Below, one piece after another: positions 26,706 to 34,578 of a stretch of DNA of 52,279 nucleotides; position 1 is the stretch's first letter, and each line of letters begins with the position of its first letter. Made by a program: the position numbers and the translations under genes. Origin of the DNA: an uncultured Acidimicrobiales bacterium (GTDB taxonomy: Bacteria; Actinomycetota; Acidimicrobiia; Acidimicrobiales; SHLQ01). The notes beneath the pieces are model-generated. The model searched no databases and had not been told where the DNA came from. It was given only the letters and a program-made list of their open reading frames with translations. The stretch covers positions 1 to 52,279 of the forward strand of contig CAZBTI010000008.1 of the NCBI GenBank assembly GCA_964494395.1, in the 5' to 3' direction.

Positions 26706-27383
26706 TTAGAAGAGCGCAGTTGCGAGCTTCCGGCGGTAGTCGTTCGTCCGAGGGTCGCCAGCTCCCAATTGTTCGAGGAGAGTGATGTAGCGCTCGCGGG
26801 CTGCGTCGTCGCCCTTGACGGTGGTCAGGAGCGTCTTCAATTCGGCTTCGATCGCGTCGGCCTCGGCAGCGCTCGGCGCTGCTGGCGCAGGTGCGGGCAT
26901 CCCTGGCTCAGAGATAACAGCGTCGGGCTTGATCGCCGCTGGTGCGACTGCTGCGGCTGCACCGCCGGCGACCGCGTCTTGTGGAGCATCGGCCGCGTCT
27001 GAATCGGTCGCATCCCCGTCTTCGGCTTCGCCGTCTTCAGCGCCATCATCAGCTGCTGCGAGATCCAGGAGCACCTGAACGAACTGCACCACTTCGGCTT
27101 CACCCCGAGCGCCTAAGAAATGGTCGACGACCTTCCCGTCGTAGATGCCATAGACCGCGGGGATCGACTGCACTTGGAACTCTTGGGCGACGACGGGGTT
27201 TGCGTCGACGTCGACCTTGGCGAGTTCGACCCGCCCTTGAGTCTCGCCGATGACCTTCTCAAGGACTGGACCAAGCGACTGGCACGGACCGCACCACGCC
27301 GCCCACAGATCGACCACGATCGGAACGGTTTTGGACCGCTCGACCACATCGGTCGCGAACGTTGCATCGGTTACATCAGCCAT
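26706..27383 (-). CDS. Thioredoxin-domain protein with TPR-like C-terminal domain (YbbN/CnoX-like co-chaperone)
   Basis: Start at MADVTDATFATDVV. WCGPC active site, acidic/Ala-rich linker, and a C-terminal ..ARERYITLLEQLGAGDPRTNDYRRKLATALF typical of the YbbN family. Confidence 0.85.
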   Translation of the reverse strand: MADVTDATFATDVVERSKTVPIVVDLWAAWCGPCQSLGPVLEKVIGETQGRVELAKVDVDANPVVAQEFQVQSIPAVYGIYDGKVVDHFLGARGEAEVVQFVQVLLDLAAADDGAEDGEAEDGDATDSDAADAPQDAVAGGAAAAVAPAAIKPDAVISEPGMPAPAPAAPSAAEADAIEAELKTLLTTVKGDDAARERYITLLEQLGAGDPRTNDYRRKLATALF

Positions 27384-27480
27384 AGTCAGCTCCAAGTCTT
27401 GCTGGACATTCCAGAGCGTAGCCGCCGACATCGTTCTCCGAGCACCCCAAAGGTCACCGACGGTGTCGTACTCTGTAGCG

Positions 27481-28560
27481 GTGAGCACCAACGAATCTGC
27501 CCCATCTGATGACGACCAAGCTGCACCAGCGGGTATCGACGTCGCTGCCATCACCGACTGGCTGGCTACCGCTGTGTCTCAGACCGGTGGCGAAGTTGTT
27601 GGTGGTCTGTCATTCGACCAGATAACCGGCGGTCGATCGAACCTCACCTTTCGAGTTTCTGATGAGGCTGGCAACCAGTGGGCGTTGCGTCGTCCGCCAA
27701 CCGGCCATGTCCTCGCCACCGCTCACGACATGGGTCGAGAACACCGAGTGATGTCAGCGCTCGAGCCAACGGCAGTTCCGGTTCCCAAGATGGTCGGGCT
27801 ATGCACCGACGAGTCGGTGAATGGTGCCGACTTCTATGTGATGGAGTGGGTCGAGGGCACGGTGGTGCGCAACAAAAACACCGCCTTGGACTTCGATCTC
27901 GACACCCGCAGAACCATGAGCATTTCCACGATCGAGAACCTCGTCAAGATTCACCAGATCGACATCGACGAGGTGGGCCTCGGAGACTTCGCAAAGCGTG
28001 AGGGCTACATCGAGCGGCAACTGCGCCGATGGCGCCGCCAGGTCGATGCGGTCGAGACACCGACCGATCCGCTGGTTATCTCGGCCCATGAGAAGCTGGT
28101 GGCGGCTATGCCCGAACAGGGTCCGGCCCGTCTCGTTCATGGCGACTACCGACTCGACAACACGATCATCGACGACTCGGGGCAGGTCATCGCCGTGCTC
28201 GACTGGGAGCTCACCACGCTCGGGGACCCACTCGCCGACCTCGGAGCGATGCTCACCTACTGGACGAGACCCGGAGATGAGATAGCCGCGCTCGACGAAC
28301 CTCCAACCATGGCCGACGGCTTCATCGAGCGCGACGAGGTCATTTCCGTCTACGAAGATGCGATCGGCGAGAAGGTATCCAACATTGGCTACTATCAAGC
28401 GTTTGCGACATGGCGCCTCGCATGCATTCTCGACGGCGTTGTCGATCGCTATCGCGCTGGCGCTATGGGGAACGACGACGGCTTCGATGTCGAAGACTGG
28501 GCGGAGCGAGTCTCCTCTCTTGCAGCCAAAGCACTCGAATTCATGGGCGAAGATTCGTAG
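27481..28560 (+). CDS. Phosphotransferase (APH/choline-kinase-like) family protein
   Basis: GGRSNLTFRV, catalytic loop LVHGDYRLDNTII, VLDWELTTLGDPLADLG. GTG start chosen to avoid overlap with the divergent thioredoxin gene. Confidence 0.8.
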   Translation: MSTNESAPSDDDQAAPAGIDVAAITDWLATAVSQTGGEVVGGLSFDQITGGRSNLTFRVSDEAGNQWALRRPPTGHVLATAHDMGREHRVMSALEPTAVPVPKMVGLCTDESVNGADFYVMEWVEGTVVRNKNTALDFDLDTRRTMSISTIENLVKIHQIDIDEVGLGDFAKREGYIERQLRRWRRQVDAVETPTDPLVISAHEKLVAAMPEQGPARLVHGDYRLDNTIIDDSGQVIAVLDWELTTLGDPLADLGAMLTYWTRPGDEIAALDEPPTMADGFIERDEVISVYEDAIGEKVSNIGYYQAFATWRLACILDGVVDRYRAGAMGNDDGFDVEDWAERVSSLAAKALEFMGEDS

Positions 28561-28569
28561 GTCCTTGCC

Positions 28570-28974
28570 ATGAAGAAAATTGTGGCCCTCGGTGCCGGTG
28601 GCATTGCCGGAATCCTCCTCGTCGTCGCGCTTCTCGCCGGTGGCGACATCATCGATCTTCCAGCATGGGCCAACATCCCCGGCGTCGATGTGCCGATCGT
28701 TGGCGACACCGATGCAGTCGATTGTCGGTTGGAACAGATCGGCGACACCGATCGCGTACGAATCACCATCGTCGATGGAGACACCGACACCCATGGCCAG
28801 TACGTGAACGTGTGGAACGCCGGCGAGTTGGTTGACGCGAGCGAACTCGTTCGCGTGTCCGACAGCGTCATCGAGTCGTCGTCGACCGAAGGTATTGAAG
28901 AGCAGTTCTACTCGGTCTCGATCGAACCGGTCCGAGAGGGCCGAGTGTTCTGCGAGTCGATCGTCCTCAACTAG
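28570..28974 (+). CDS. Hypothetical membrane-anchored/secreted small protein
   Basis: 134 aa. N-terminal MKKIVALGAGGIAGILLVVALLAGG anchor/signal and an acidic mature part. No family recognised. Confidence 0.5.
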   Translation: MKKIVALGAGGIAGILLVVALLAGGDIIDLPAWANIPGVDVPIVGDTDAVDCRLEQIGDTDRVRITIVDGDTDTHGQYVNVWNAGELVDASELVRVSDSVIESSSTEGIEEQFYSVSIEPVREGRVFCESIVLN

Positions 28975-28992
28975 CCGGGCTGCGACCGCCGA

Positions 28993-30021
28993 TCACGCAG
29001 CGCCGAGTGCCCCGGAGGTCGCGAGCTCGATCGCCTCGACCAGTCGTTCTGCGAGACGGAGCTGACTAATCGACCGCTCGAGGTTCTGATTTGGGGTCGC
29101 TGCTCCGTAATACGGATCGCCAGCGAGGTGATCGGCCATGAACCGGACGGCATTCTCTACCGTCATGAGCGGGCCGGCCAAGAGCATGCAGTCGTGTTCG
29201 GCTTCGGTGAGGTCACCGCCATAGCCGGCGAGGAAGCCACGATTGGTCGAGGCGACCTGAGCCATGAGCGCTTCAGGCCCGGCCTCTTCCAAATGTCGCG
29301 TGCTCGACCGAACGAGTTCGCCGATATCGGACAGCACGGTTCCGGGCATAGTCGTGTCGAGGTCGATGATCGTCCGTCGTCCGGCTCCAATGATGCAATT
29401 GGGCCCCTTGGCATCGTTGTGCGCGTTCCGCGTCGGCACTTCGAGCCACGCTTGAAACGGCGATGCGAGTCGTAGTCGATCGACCATTGCGAGCAACTCG
29501 GTGACGTGGGCTTCGCTACTCGCTAGCCGGCCAGCAGAATCGGCCTCGACCGCTGCGTCAAAGGCGTACACACGGCGATCGAAGTCGTGAAAGCCAGGCA
29601 GATGTTCGACCAGATCAAGGCCATCGATGGCACGGGCAAAGCGCCCAAACGCTCGAGCGTTGGACTGCGCATCCTCGCGGGTGAGGATTGGAGGCGTCGC
29701 AACACCGCCGACGAATCGATAGCAGCGCCATGGGGATCCATCGTGCACAACGATGAATGCATCGTCGACGGAGCGGCGGAACTCGATACTCCCCAAGTTG
29801 AAGGCCTGCTGACGGGCCACGATCAGTTCGATGTTGGCCATCATGTCCGCTGGCTGGGTGAAGATCGAGGCGTTGATGGCTTGGATGACGAAGGCGCCTT
29901 CTTGGCAGTCGACAACGGCCGTATTGTTGACGTTGCCGTCGCCGATCTCAGAGACGCGCACAGGGTTCAGCCCGAAGTATTCGGCCGCCAACTGTTCGAA
30001 GAGTGACATGTCCATACGCAT
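28993..30021 (-). CDS. Phosphotransferase (APH-fold kinase) family protein, possibly a sugar/small-molecule kinase
   Basis: 342 aa. Catalytic loop AHNDAKGPNCII and metal-binding IIDLDT. Confidence 0.72.
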   Translation of the reverse strand: MRMDMSLFEQLAAEYFGLNPVRVSEIGDGNVNNTAVVDCQEGAFVIQAINASIFTQPADMMANIELIVARQQAFNLGSIEFRRSVDDAFIVVHDGSPWRCYRFVGGVATPPILTREDAQSNARAFGRFARAIDGLDLVEHLPGFHDFDRRVYAFDAAVEADSAGRLASSEAHVTELLAMVDRLRLASPFQAWLEVPTRNAHNDAKGPNCIIGAGRRTIIDLDTTMPGTVLSDIGELVRSSTRHLEEAGPEALMAQVASTNRGFLAGYGGDLTEAEHDCMLLAGPLMTVENAVRFMADHLAGDPYYGAATPNQNLERSISQLRLAERLVEAIELATSGALGAA

Positions 30022-30100
30022 CCAAGATGCCGCCAGACCAAGAAGACTAGTAACAGAACCGTCAGAGGCAACGGTCGCGATCTCGTTCGTTCTAGAGCCA

Positions 30101-30127
30101 TGGATAGCCGATGAGGTTTGACCCCAC
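30101..30127 (+). repeat. Copy A of the 24-nt repeat GGATAGCCGATGAGGTTTGACCCCAC
   Basis: Read directly. Identical 22-nt core ATAGCCGATGAGGTTTGACCCC shared with copy B; one mismatch to copy C. Confidence 0.85.
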
Positions 30128-30602
30128 GGGATATTCGCGTTTCGCTCGTCGAACTCGCATAAGGCCGGAGAGCGGGCGGGGTCAGGGTTCGCCCTCGATT
30201 GCGACCCTTGTACGAGGTCGTGACCGTGGACAGTTCTCTACGGCTTGTATGTGTTCAGGGAAGGCCGCGATCAACACCTTGGTCGCAGACATTCGGACAT
30301 TGGCAGAACCTGGCGACCCCTCGACCGCGCCCACTGTCACAGATGCGAATGAAGGGTTGTCCGTGCTCGATCGGCGGCGACCGAGATTGCCAAACATCGA
30401 CCTTGGTGGGGCTGACCTCAAGCGCCATTACACGCGCAGAACGCACCAATCTATTTCCCATGCCAGGAGTTGCGAGTCGACGTTGATCGCGTTTAGCCGA
30501 TGGATGCTTGCTGTCTGCTCCGCCAAGTCCTTTTGTTAGAGGTCCCTGGGGGTCTTGCATAGACCTGATCACCGATGCCTCGGACAAGGAAAATCTGGTC
30601 GC

Positions 30603-30652
30603 CTGTACAGAGCTGTACAGACAAAGGACCCTTTTCTGTACACTCCTGTACA
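30603..30652. promoter_or_regulatory. Array of four CTGTACA motifs (two pairs, 10-bp phasing within each pair)
   Basis: gcCTGTACAgagCTGTACAgacaaaggacccttttCTGTACActcCTGTACAtgg. Copies start at 30603, 30613, 30636 and 30646. Confidence 0.45.
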
Positions 30653-30678
30653 TGGCCACCCTACGAATCATCAGCTAG

Positions 30679-30830
30679 TCGCTGATAAGCGGCGGCGAAG
30701 AACGATCCGAAGGCCGCTCACTGCGAGCTATCGCCGCTGACCTCACCGGCGATGAACTACCGACCGCACACGACGGACAGTGACACGCACCGCCTGTTGA
30801 GCAAGCACTATCAACCTCGACGCCTTCGGC
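30679..30830 (+). pseudogene. Fragment of a large serine recombinase (recombinase-domain HTH region)
   Basis: An open frame between two stops reads SLISGGEERSEGRSLRAIAADLTGDELPTAHDGQ*. GxSLRAIAxxLN..G.PT...G.W is characteristic of serine integrases. It may continue (..THRLLSKHY..) after a frameshift. No catalytic domain is evident. Confidence 0.35.
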
Positions 30831-30875
30831 GAAGCCATGAGCACCGTCGCATAGGACAGGGTCCACGGACAGATC

Positions 30876-31550
30876 TTGGACAGGTGGCAAGCTTTCAGGG
30901 TGAGTACAGAAGAGATGACATGGACACTGACCGATGCTGCGAAGGACTGTCGACGTAAGGAGACAGACGGCTACTGGTCGTCTGTCAGCCGCAAGACAAT
31001 CCAACGGGCGCTCGATGCTGGCAAGTTCCCCGACGCCTACCGGGACGACGGACACGCCGGGCCGGGGTCAGGACCGTGGCGCATTCCGAAGTCCAACCTC
31101 ATCGCCGAGGGTTTCATCCCCGGTGGCGGCCGCGCACTCGATAGCGACCGGTCCGCACCGACACCGACTGCCGCCGCAGAACTGGACGCCATGCGCGCCG
31201 AGCTCGCCGAGTGCCGACACCGGGCCGAAATGGCCGAAGCCCGCGAGCAACTACTCGCCGAGAATGTGACCGACCTACGCAACTCCCTCCGGATGTTAGA
31301 AGCTCAGACCTCCGACAACTCCCAACGGAGGTTGGAAGCCAAGACCACCGACTCCGTCGACGACGGTCGCGGGCTGTTCGGACGGGTCGGAGAAGCCGAG
31401 GCGGTCGACGGCGCGCTCGATCTGACCGACACTGCCACCGCGCCAGATTTCGTCGCCCCTACAGCCCCGGCAGCATCGACCGTGGCACACACGACGCCGA
31501 CGCCAGCGAAGCCTCGCAAACGACTCCAGCGATGGGGTTCCGGTCAGTAG
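30876..31550 (+). CDS. Phage/ICE-type HTH DNA-binding protein with central coiled coil and Ala/Pro/Thr-rich tail
   Basis: 224-aa ORF (alternative start MTWTLTDAAK at 30915). N-terminal excisionase-like ..LTDAAKDC...TIQRALDAGKFPDAY...WRIPKSNLIAEGF.., then AAELDAMRAELAECRHRAEMAEAREQLLAENVTDLRNSLRMLEAQ. Confidence 0.55.
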   Translation: MDRWQAFRVSTEEMTWTLTDAAKDCRRKETDGYWSSVSRKTIQRALDAGKFPDAYRDDGHAGPGSGPWRIPKSNLIAEGFIPGGGRALDSDRSAPTPTAAAELDAMRAELAECRHRAEMAEAREQLLAENVTDLRNSLRMLEAQTSDNSQRRLEAKTTDSVDDGRGLFGRVGEAEAVDGALDLTDTATAPDFVAPTAPAASTVAHTTPTPAKPRKRLQRWGSGQ

Positions 31551-31618
31551 CCGTGGCCATGCTCATCGGTTGTTCGACCCACGCTGGCGTCTTTGCAGCG
31601 TGAGGGTGAGGGGCAACC

Positions 31619-31645
31619 CGAATAGCCGATGAGGTTTGACCCCAC
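31619..31645 (+). repeat. Copy B of the 24-nt repeat (CGAATAGCCGATGAGGTTTGACCCCAC)
   Basis: Read directly. Confidence 0.85.
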
Positions 31646-31684
31646 CTCAGAACGCCGCACGCGCATGCATCGACCGAGTTCGTC

Positions 31685-31710
31685 GGGATAGTCGATGAGG
31701 TTTGACCCCA
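31685..31710 (+). repeat. Copy C of the 24-nt repeat (GGGATAGTCGATGAGGTTTGACCCCA)
   Basis: Read directly. 66 bp downstream of copy B and 100 bp from the tRNA-Ala 3' end. Confidence 0.85.
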
Positions 31711-31809
31711 TTTCGGTGACTGAGACCAGTGGGCGGGGCGTTTTCTCGAGCGCAGCGAGCGAAAACACGGCACGAACCCCAAAGGCCCGTTAGGGCCGAC
31801 GGGTTCGAG

Positions 31810-31882
31810 TGGAGCTAAGGAGAATTGAACTCCTGACCTCCTCCGTGCCACGGAGGCGCTCTACCAACTGAGCTATAGCCCC
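31810..31882 (-). tRNA. tRNA-Ala (anticodon GGC)
   Basis: The reverse complement GGGGCTATAGCTCAGTTGGTAGAGCGCCTCCGTGGCACGGAGGAGGTCAGGAGTTCAATTCTCCTTAGCTCCA folds as a cloverleaf, with the G3:U70 Ala identity pair. CCA is not encoded. Confidence 0.92.
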
Positions 31883-31929
31883 TTGAAAGGAATTTGAAGG
31901 TTATCAGCTGAGGTGCTGATTGCGTCGAA

Positions 31930-32322
31930 CTACTCCTCTTCGCTGGCGCTGTCTTGTGGATTGTCTTCGGCCCAGGCAATGCGAGGGCGGTCTCCCCAGA
32001 GGCGTTCGAGTTCGTAGTAGGCGCGGTGTTCTTCGACGAACACATGGCAGATGAAGCTGCCGAAGTCGATGAGGACCCATTCGAAGGTGTCGTTGCCCTC
32101 GCGGCGAATTGCATCGGGTCCGCCATCGCGAGCGACCATTTCCTCGATGTTGTTGGCGATCGCCCTGACCTGCCGAGGGTTGGCGCCCGCGGTGATGAGG
32201 AAGAAGTCGGTGATACCGAGGACTTCGCCAACATCGACGATGAGGGTATTGATTGCCAGCTTGTCGTCGGCGGCCCGAGCAGCGGTGATCGTCCAGTCGA
32301 CGATCTCTGAGTCGGCGGTCAT
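31930..32322 (-). CDS. rsfS: Ribosome silencing factor RsfS
   Basis: Start at MTADSEIVDW. ..DKLAINTLIVDVGEVLGITDFFLITAGANPRQVRAIA..WVLIDFGSFICHVF..R.YYELERLW. Confidence 0.9.
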   Translation of the reverse strand: MTADSEIVDWTITAARAADDKLAINTLIVDVGEVLGITDFFLITAGANPRQVRAIANNIEEMVARDGGPDAIRREGNDTFEWVLIDFGSFICHVFVEEHRAYYELERLWGDRPRIAWAEDNPQDSASEEE

Positions 32323-32395
32323 GAATGGGCACTCGTTTGTGGCACGCCCAGATGCTACGGGCCGATCCGATGCGACCACCACACGGAAGGGTGCG

Positions 32396-33559
32396 TTAGC
32401 CAGTGACGACGGTGATCGCCGTGGTTGCGTCTTCCAGAGCAACCATGCGTGGCGGCCCGTAGCCCAGTCGCTGTGCGATCTCTTCGGCAACGGCTTGGGC
32501 AAGGGGGTCGTGCACTTGCACTTCGAGCGGTTGGGCGGTGACGCCGTCGGTATTGCCGAGGACGGTGACCGACCCCCCCGAGCGAGTGATCGAGGAGATG
32601 ATCGGTAGTTGGCTGCTGGCGCCGAGTGAGTTGTCGAGCAACAGTACCGTCGGCCGCCCGATCGCTGGGATCTGCTCGGGGAACGGGACGATCTGTGCGA
32701 CCAAGTCCAAAATCATTTCGTTCTGTGCGACATACACGGTGTCTTCAGGGAACTGCGCTGGAGAAGTTCTGGTGCCGATGGTTCGGTAGGAGACTTCGGC
32801 GTTTGAGAGGTCTCCGACGAGGGAAGCGAAGCTTCTCTCTTGTCCAAGGACTTCGGTCCGTTCCGAGTCACCGGCTGTGCGAGAGATCCAAGCACGCCAG
32901 ATCTGCTGTTGCCGGAGTGCAACACCGAGGGCTGGCTCGCTGGGGTTGCGATGCCCGGCGATGGTCGCGATCTCGTTAAGATCGAATCCCCTAGTGCCAG
33001 CTTCCAACACAACCTCGGTCGGCGCATTCGGGATGCCACTCGCATCGAGGGGACGGACGAGGTCGTCGCGGAGTGTGAGCGTGAGCGGCAAGTCGTCGAC
33101 CATGAGCCCGGTCCACGAGGAAGCATCGAGAACGACAACGTCACCAAAGCCCGTCCGAAGAGATCCGTTGAGTTCGCTGATGACGGCGCTTAGTCCGCTC
33201 ACTCGGAAGAGATCCGCGAGTGTGAGCCCGGTCTGCTCTGCATCGATGAAGTTCCGCGGAATCGTGACGACAGATCCGCCAGCGTTACCGTCGGCACCGG
33301 TGAGCAGCGACACGCCAACGAGTTCGGCTCCGGCTTCTGCGGTAACCGCTGTGTGAAGAACGAGGGCGGTCTCGGTGGCGGTGGTGAACGCCCGAAAACC
33401 GGGTGAGGATGGGTCTGAAGGGAACTCGGTGACCTGGCCTGCCTGGGACTGCAAGATCGCCGTCTCGGCCTGCGTCGCAGCCCACACTGCCCCCAGCAGG
33501 ATGAGGATCAGGAAACCTAAGAAGCTCGCCGACAAGACCTGACCGCGGCGAAGCGTCAC
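32396..33559 (-). CDS. Membrane-anchored protein with C-terminal LytR_C-like domain
   Basis: 387 aa, N-terminal TM. The C-terminal ..TVLLLDNSLGASSQLPIISSITRSGGSVTVLGNTDG...ITVVTG resembles the LytR_C domain. Lies between nadD and rsfS, as in many actinobacteria. Confidence 0.55.
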   Translation of the reverse strand: MTLRRGQVLSASFLGFLILILLGAVWAATQAETAILQSQAGQVTEFPSDPSSPGFRAFTTATETALVLHTAVTAEAGAELVGVSLLTGADGNAGGSVVTIPRNFIDAEQTGLTLADLFRVSGLSAVISELNGSLRTGFGDVVVLDASSWTGLMVDDLPLTLTLRDDLVRPLDASGIPNAPTEVVLEAGTRGFDLNEIATIAGHRNPSEPALGVALRQQQIWRAWISRTAGDSERTEVLGQERSFASLVGDLSNAEVSYRTIGTRTSPAQFPEDTVYVAQNEMILDLVAQIVPFPEQIPAIGRPTVLLLDNSLGASSQLPIISSITRSGGSVTVLGNTDGVTAQPLEVQVHDPLAQAVAEEIAQRLGYGPPRMVALEDATTAITVVTG

Positions 33560-34152
33560 GAGTCTCCGCCTGCGATGTACAACTCGTCCTCGGCAATGAG
33601 CGCTTGAATGTCGGCTGGGAGAAGTCCGTCGATTGGCTCACCGGCGTGAACTCGCCGGCGAATATCGGTGCTCGAAATCTCGAGGCCGGGAAGGCTGAGC
33701 CGTTCCCATGTGAAGCCGTCGGGCGGCTCGGAGTCAACATGTCCTCGGCGAGGAAAGACCGCAATCGTTGCGAGTTCGCCGACTTCTTCGAATCGCTCCC
33801 ACGTGTCGAGGCCGGCAGCGGCATCACTTCCGAGCAGGAGAAAGAGGTCGACGTCTTCCCCGCTCAATTCGCTCAACGTGTCGACGGTGTAACTGTTGCC
33901 CGACCGCCGGAGTTCCATGTCAGAAACTTCAACGCCTTCCACACCGCGGAAGGCCTCGGTCGCCATCTTCATCCGAAGCTCGGCATCGGTGATGTGACGG
34001 CTCCCGACCTTTTGCCAGGGCACGCCAGCCACCGTCACGATGAGCGAGTCGAGCAAGAGCTGATGGATCGCGTTCGCCGCCAGCACGACGTGAGCGGTAT
34101 GGGGCGGGTCAAAGGTTCCGCCGAAGACCCCAATACGTTGACGCTTTTGCAC
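33556..34152 (-). CDS. nadD: Nicotinate-nucleotide adenylyltransferase
   Basis: 198 aa. GVFGGTFDPPHTAH motif and a C-terminal ..ISSTDIRRR.. Confidence 0.93.
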   Translation of the reverse strand: MQKRQRIGVFGGTFDPPHTAHVVLAANAIHQLLLDSLIVTVAGVPWQKVGSRHITDAELRMKMATEAFRGVEGVEVSDMELRRSGNSYTVDTLSELSGEDVDLFLLLGSDAAAGLDTWERFEEVGELATIAVFPRRGHVDSEPPDGFTWERLSLPGLEISSTDIRRRVHAGEPIDGLLPADIQALIAEDELYIAGGDS

Positions 34153-34578
34153 CTCTTCACACTACGCCGCTCTCGGGTCGCTCTGGAGGTATCTCCCCGG
34201 ATACCGAAATTGCTAAGGATGAATGGCTATACCGCCTGTCGCAAACCCTTACAACGTCTCATAGACAGGAATTAATGAGGCGGCTGAAGGTTGGTCGGGA
34301 CGAAGATTTGAATCGTTTAAGTGCAAACAGCTCAAGCTTGTCGGTCAGTTGCCGATTGAAAACATAGGCCGATGGACCTAACAAGTTCTTCACGAGTTAG
34401 ACCGTAGACCCATCCTCAAGTACCCGAAACACTGGTGGCGTGACCGAATTCATAGGGTCGCCAATGGGACGGATTGCGCTGGATGTACTTGAATAATCAA
34501 CGACCAAAACATTGGAAATGAAGATTTCCCCCGATAAAGGGAATTGCAGAGCTGCGAGACCCGTTTAAGTGAAGCAAC

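Larger units (their letters stand above)
30101..31710. mobile_element. Decayed integrative-element remnant adjacent to the 3' end of tRNA-Ala
   Basis: Bounded by direct copies of a roughly 24-nt repeat. Contains a serine-recombinase fragment, an operator-like CTGTACA array and an HTH/coiled-coil ORF. No intact recombinase. Confidence 0.4.

Noticed and set aside
30111-30539. 142-aa ORF starting inside repeat copy A (MRFDPTGYS...), and the minus-strand ORFs 30255-30671 and 30675-31055.
   Set aside because: There is no recognisable domain and the composition is atypical. The shared ATGAGGTTTGACCCCA in all three repeat copies makes the ATG coincidental. At most the region holds eroded recombinase sequence, and I could not align it convincingly.
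31619-31710. Possible mini-CRISPR: two roughly 24-nt repeats with a spacer of about 40 nt.
   Set aside because: There are only two adjacent units, with a third 1.5 kb away. The repeat is not palindromic in the usual way. No cas genes or leader are present. The context is a mobile-element remnant.
31700-31890. Looked for a duplicated tRNA-Ala 3' segment (classical attL/attR) at the far end of the putative element near 30020-30200.
   Set aside because: No copy of the tRNA 3' half (ggagaattgaactcc...) was seen by eye, so I cannot define att sites. The element boundaries therefore remain tentative.
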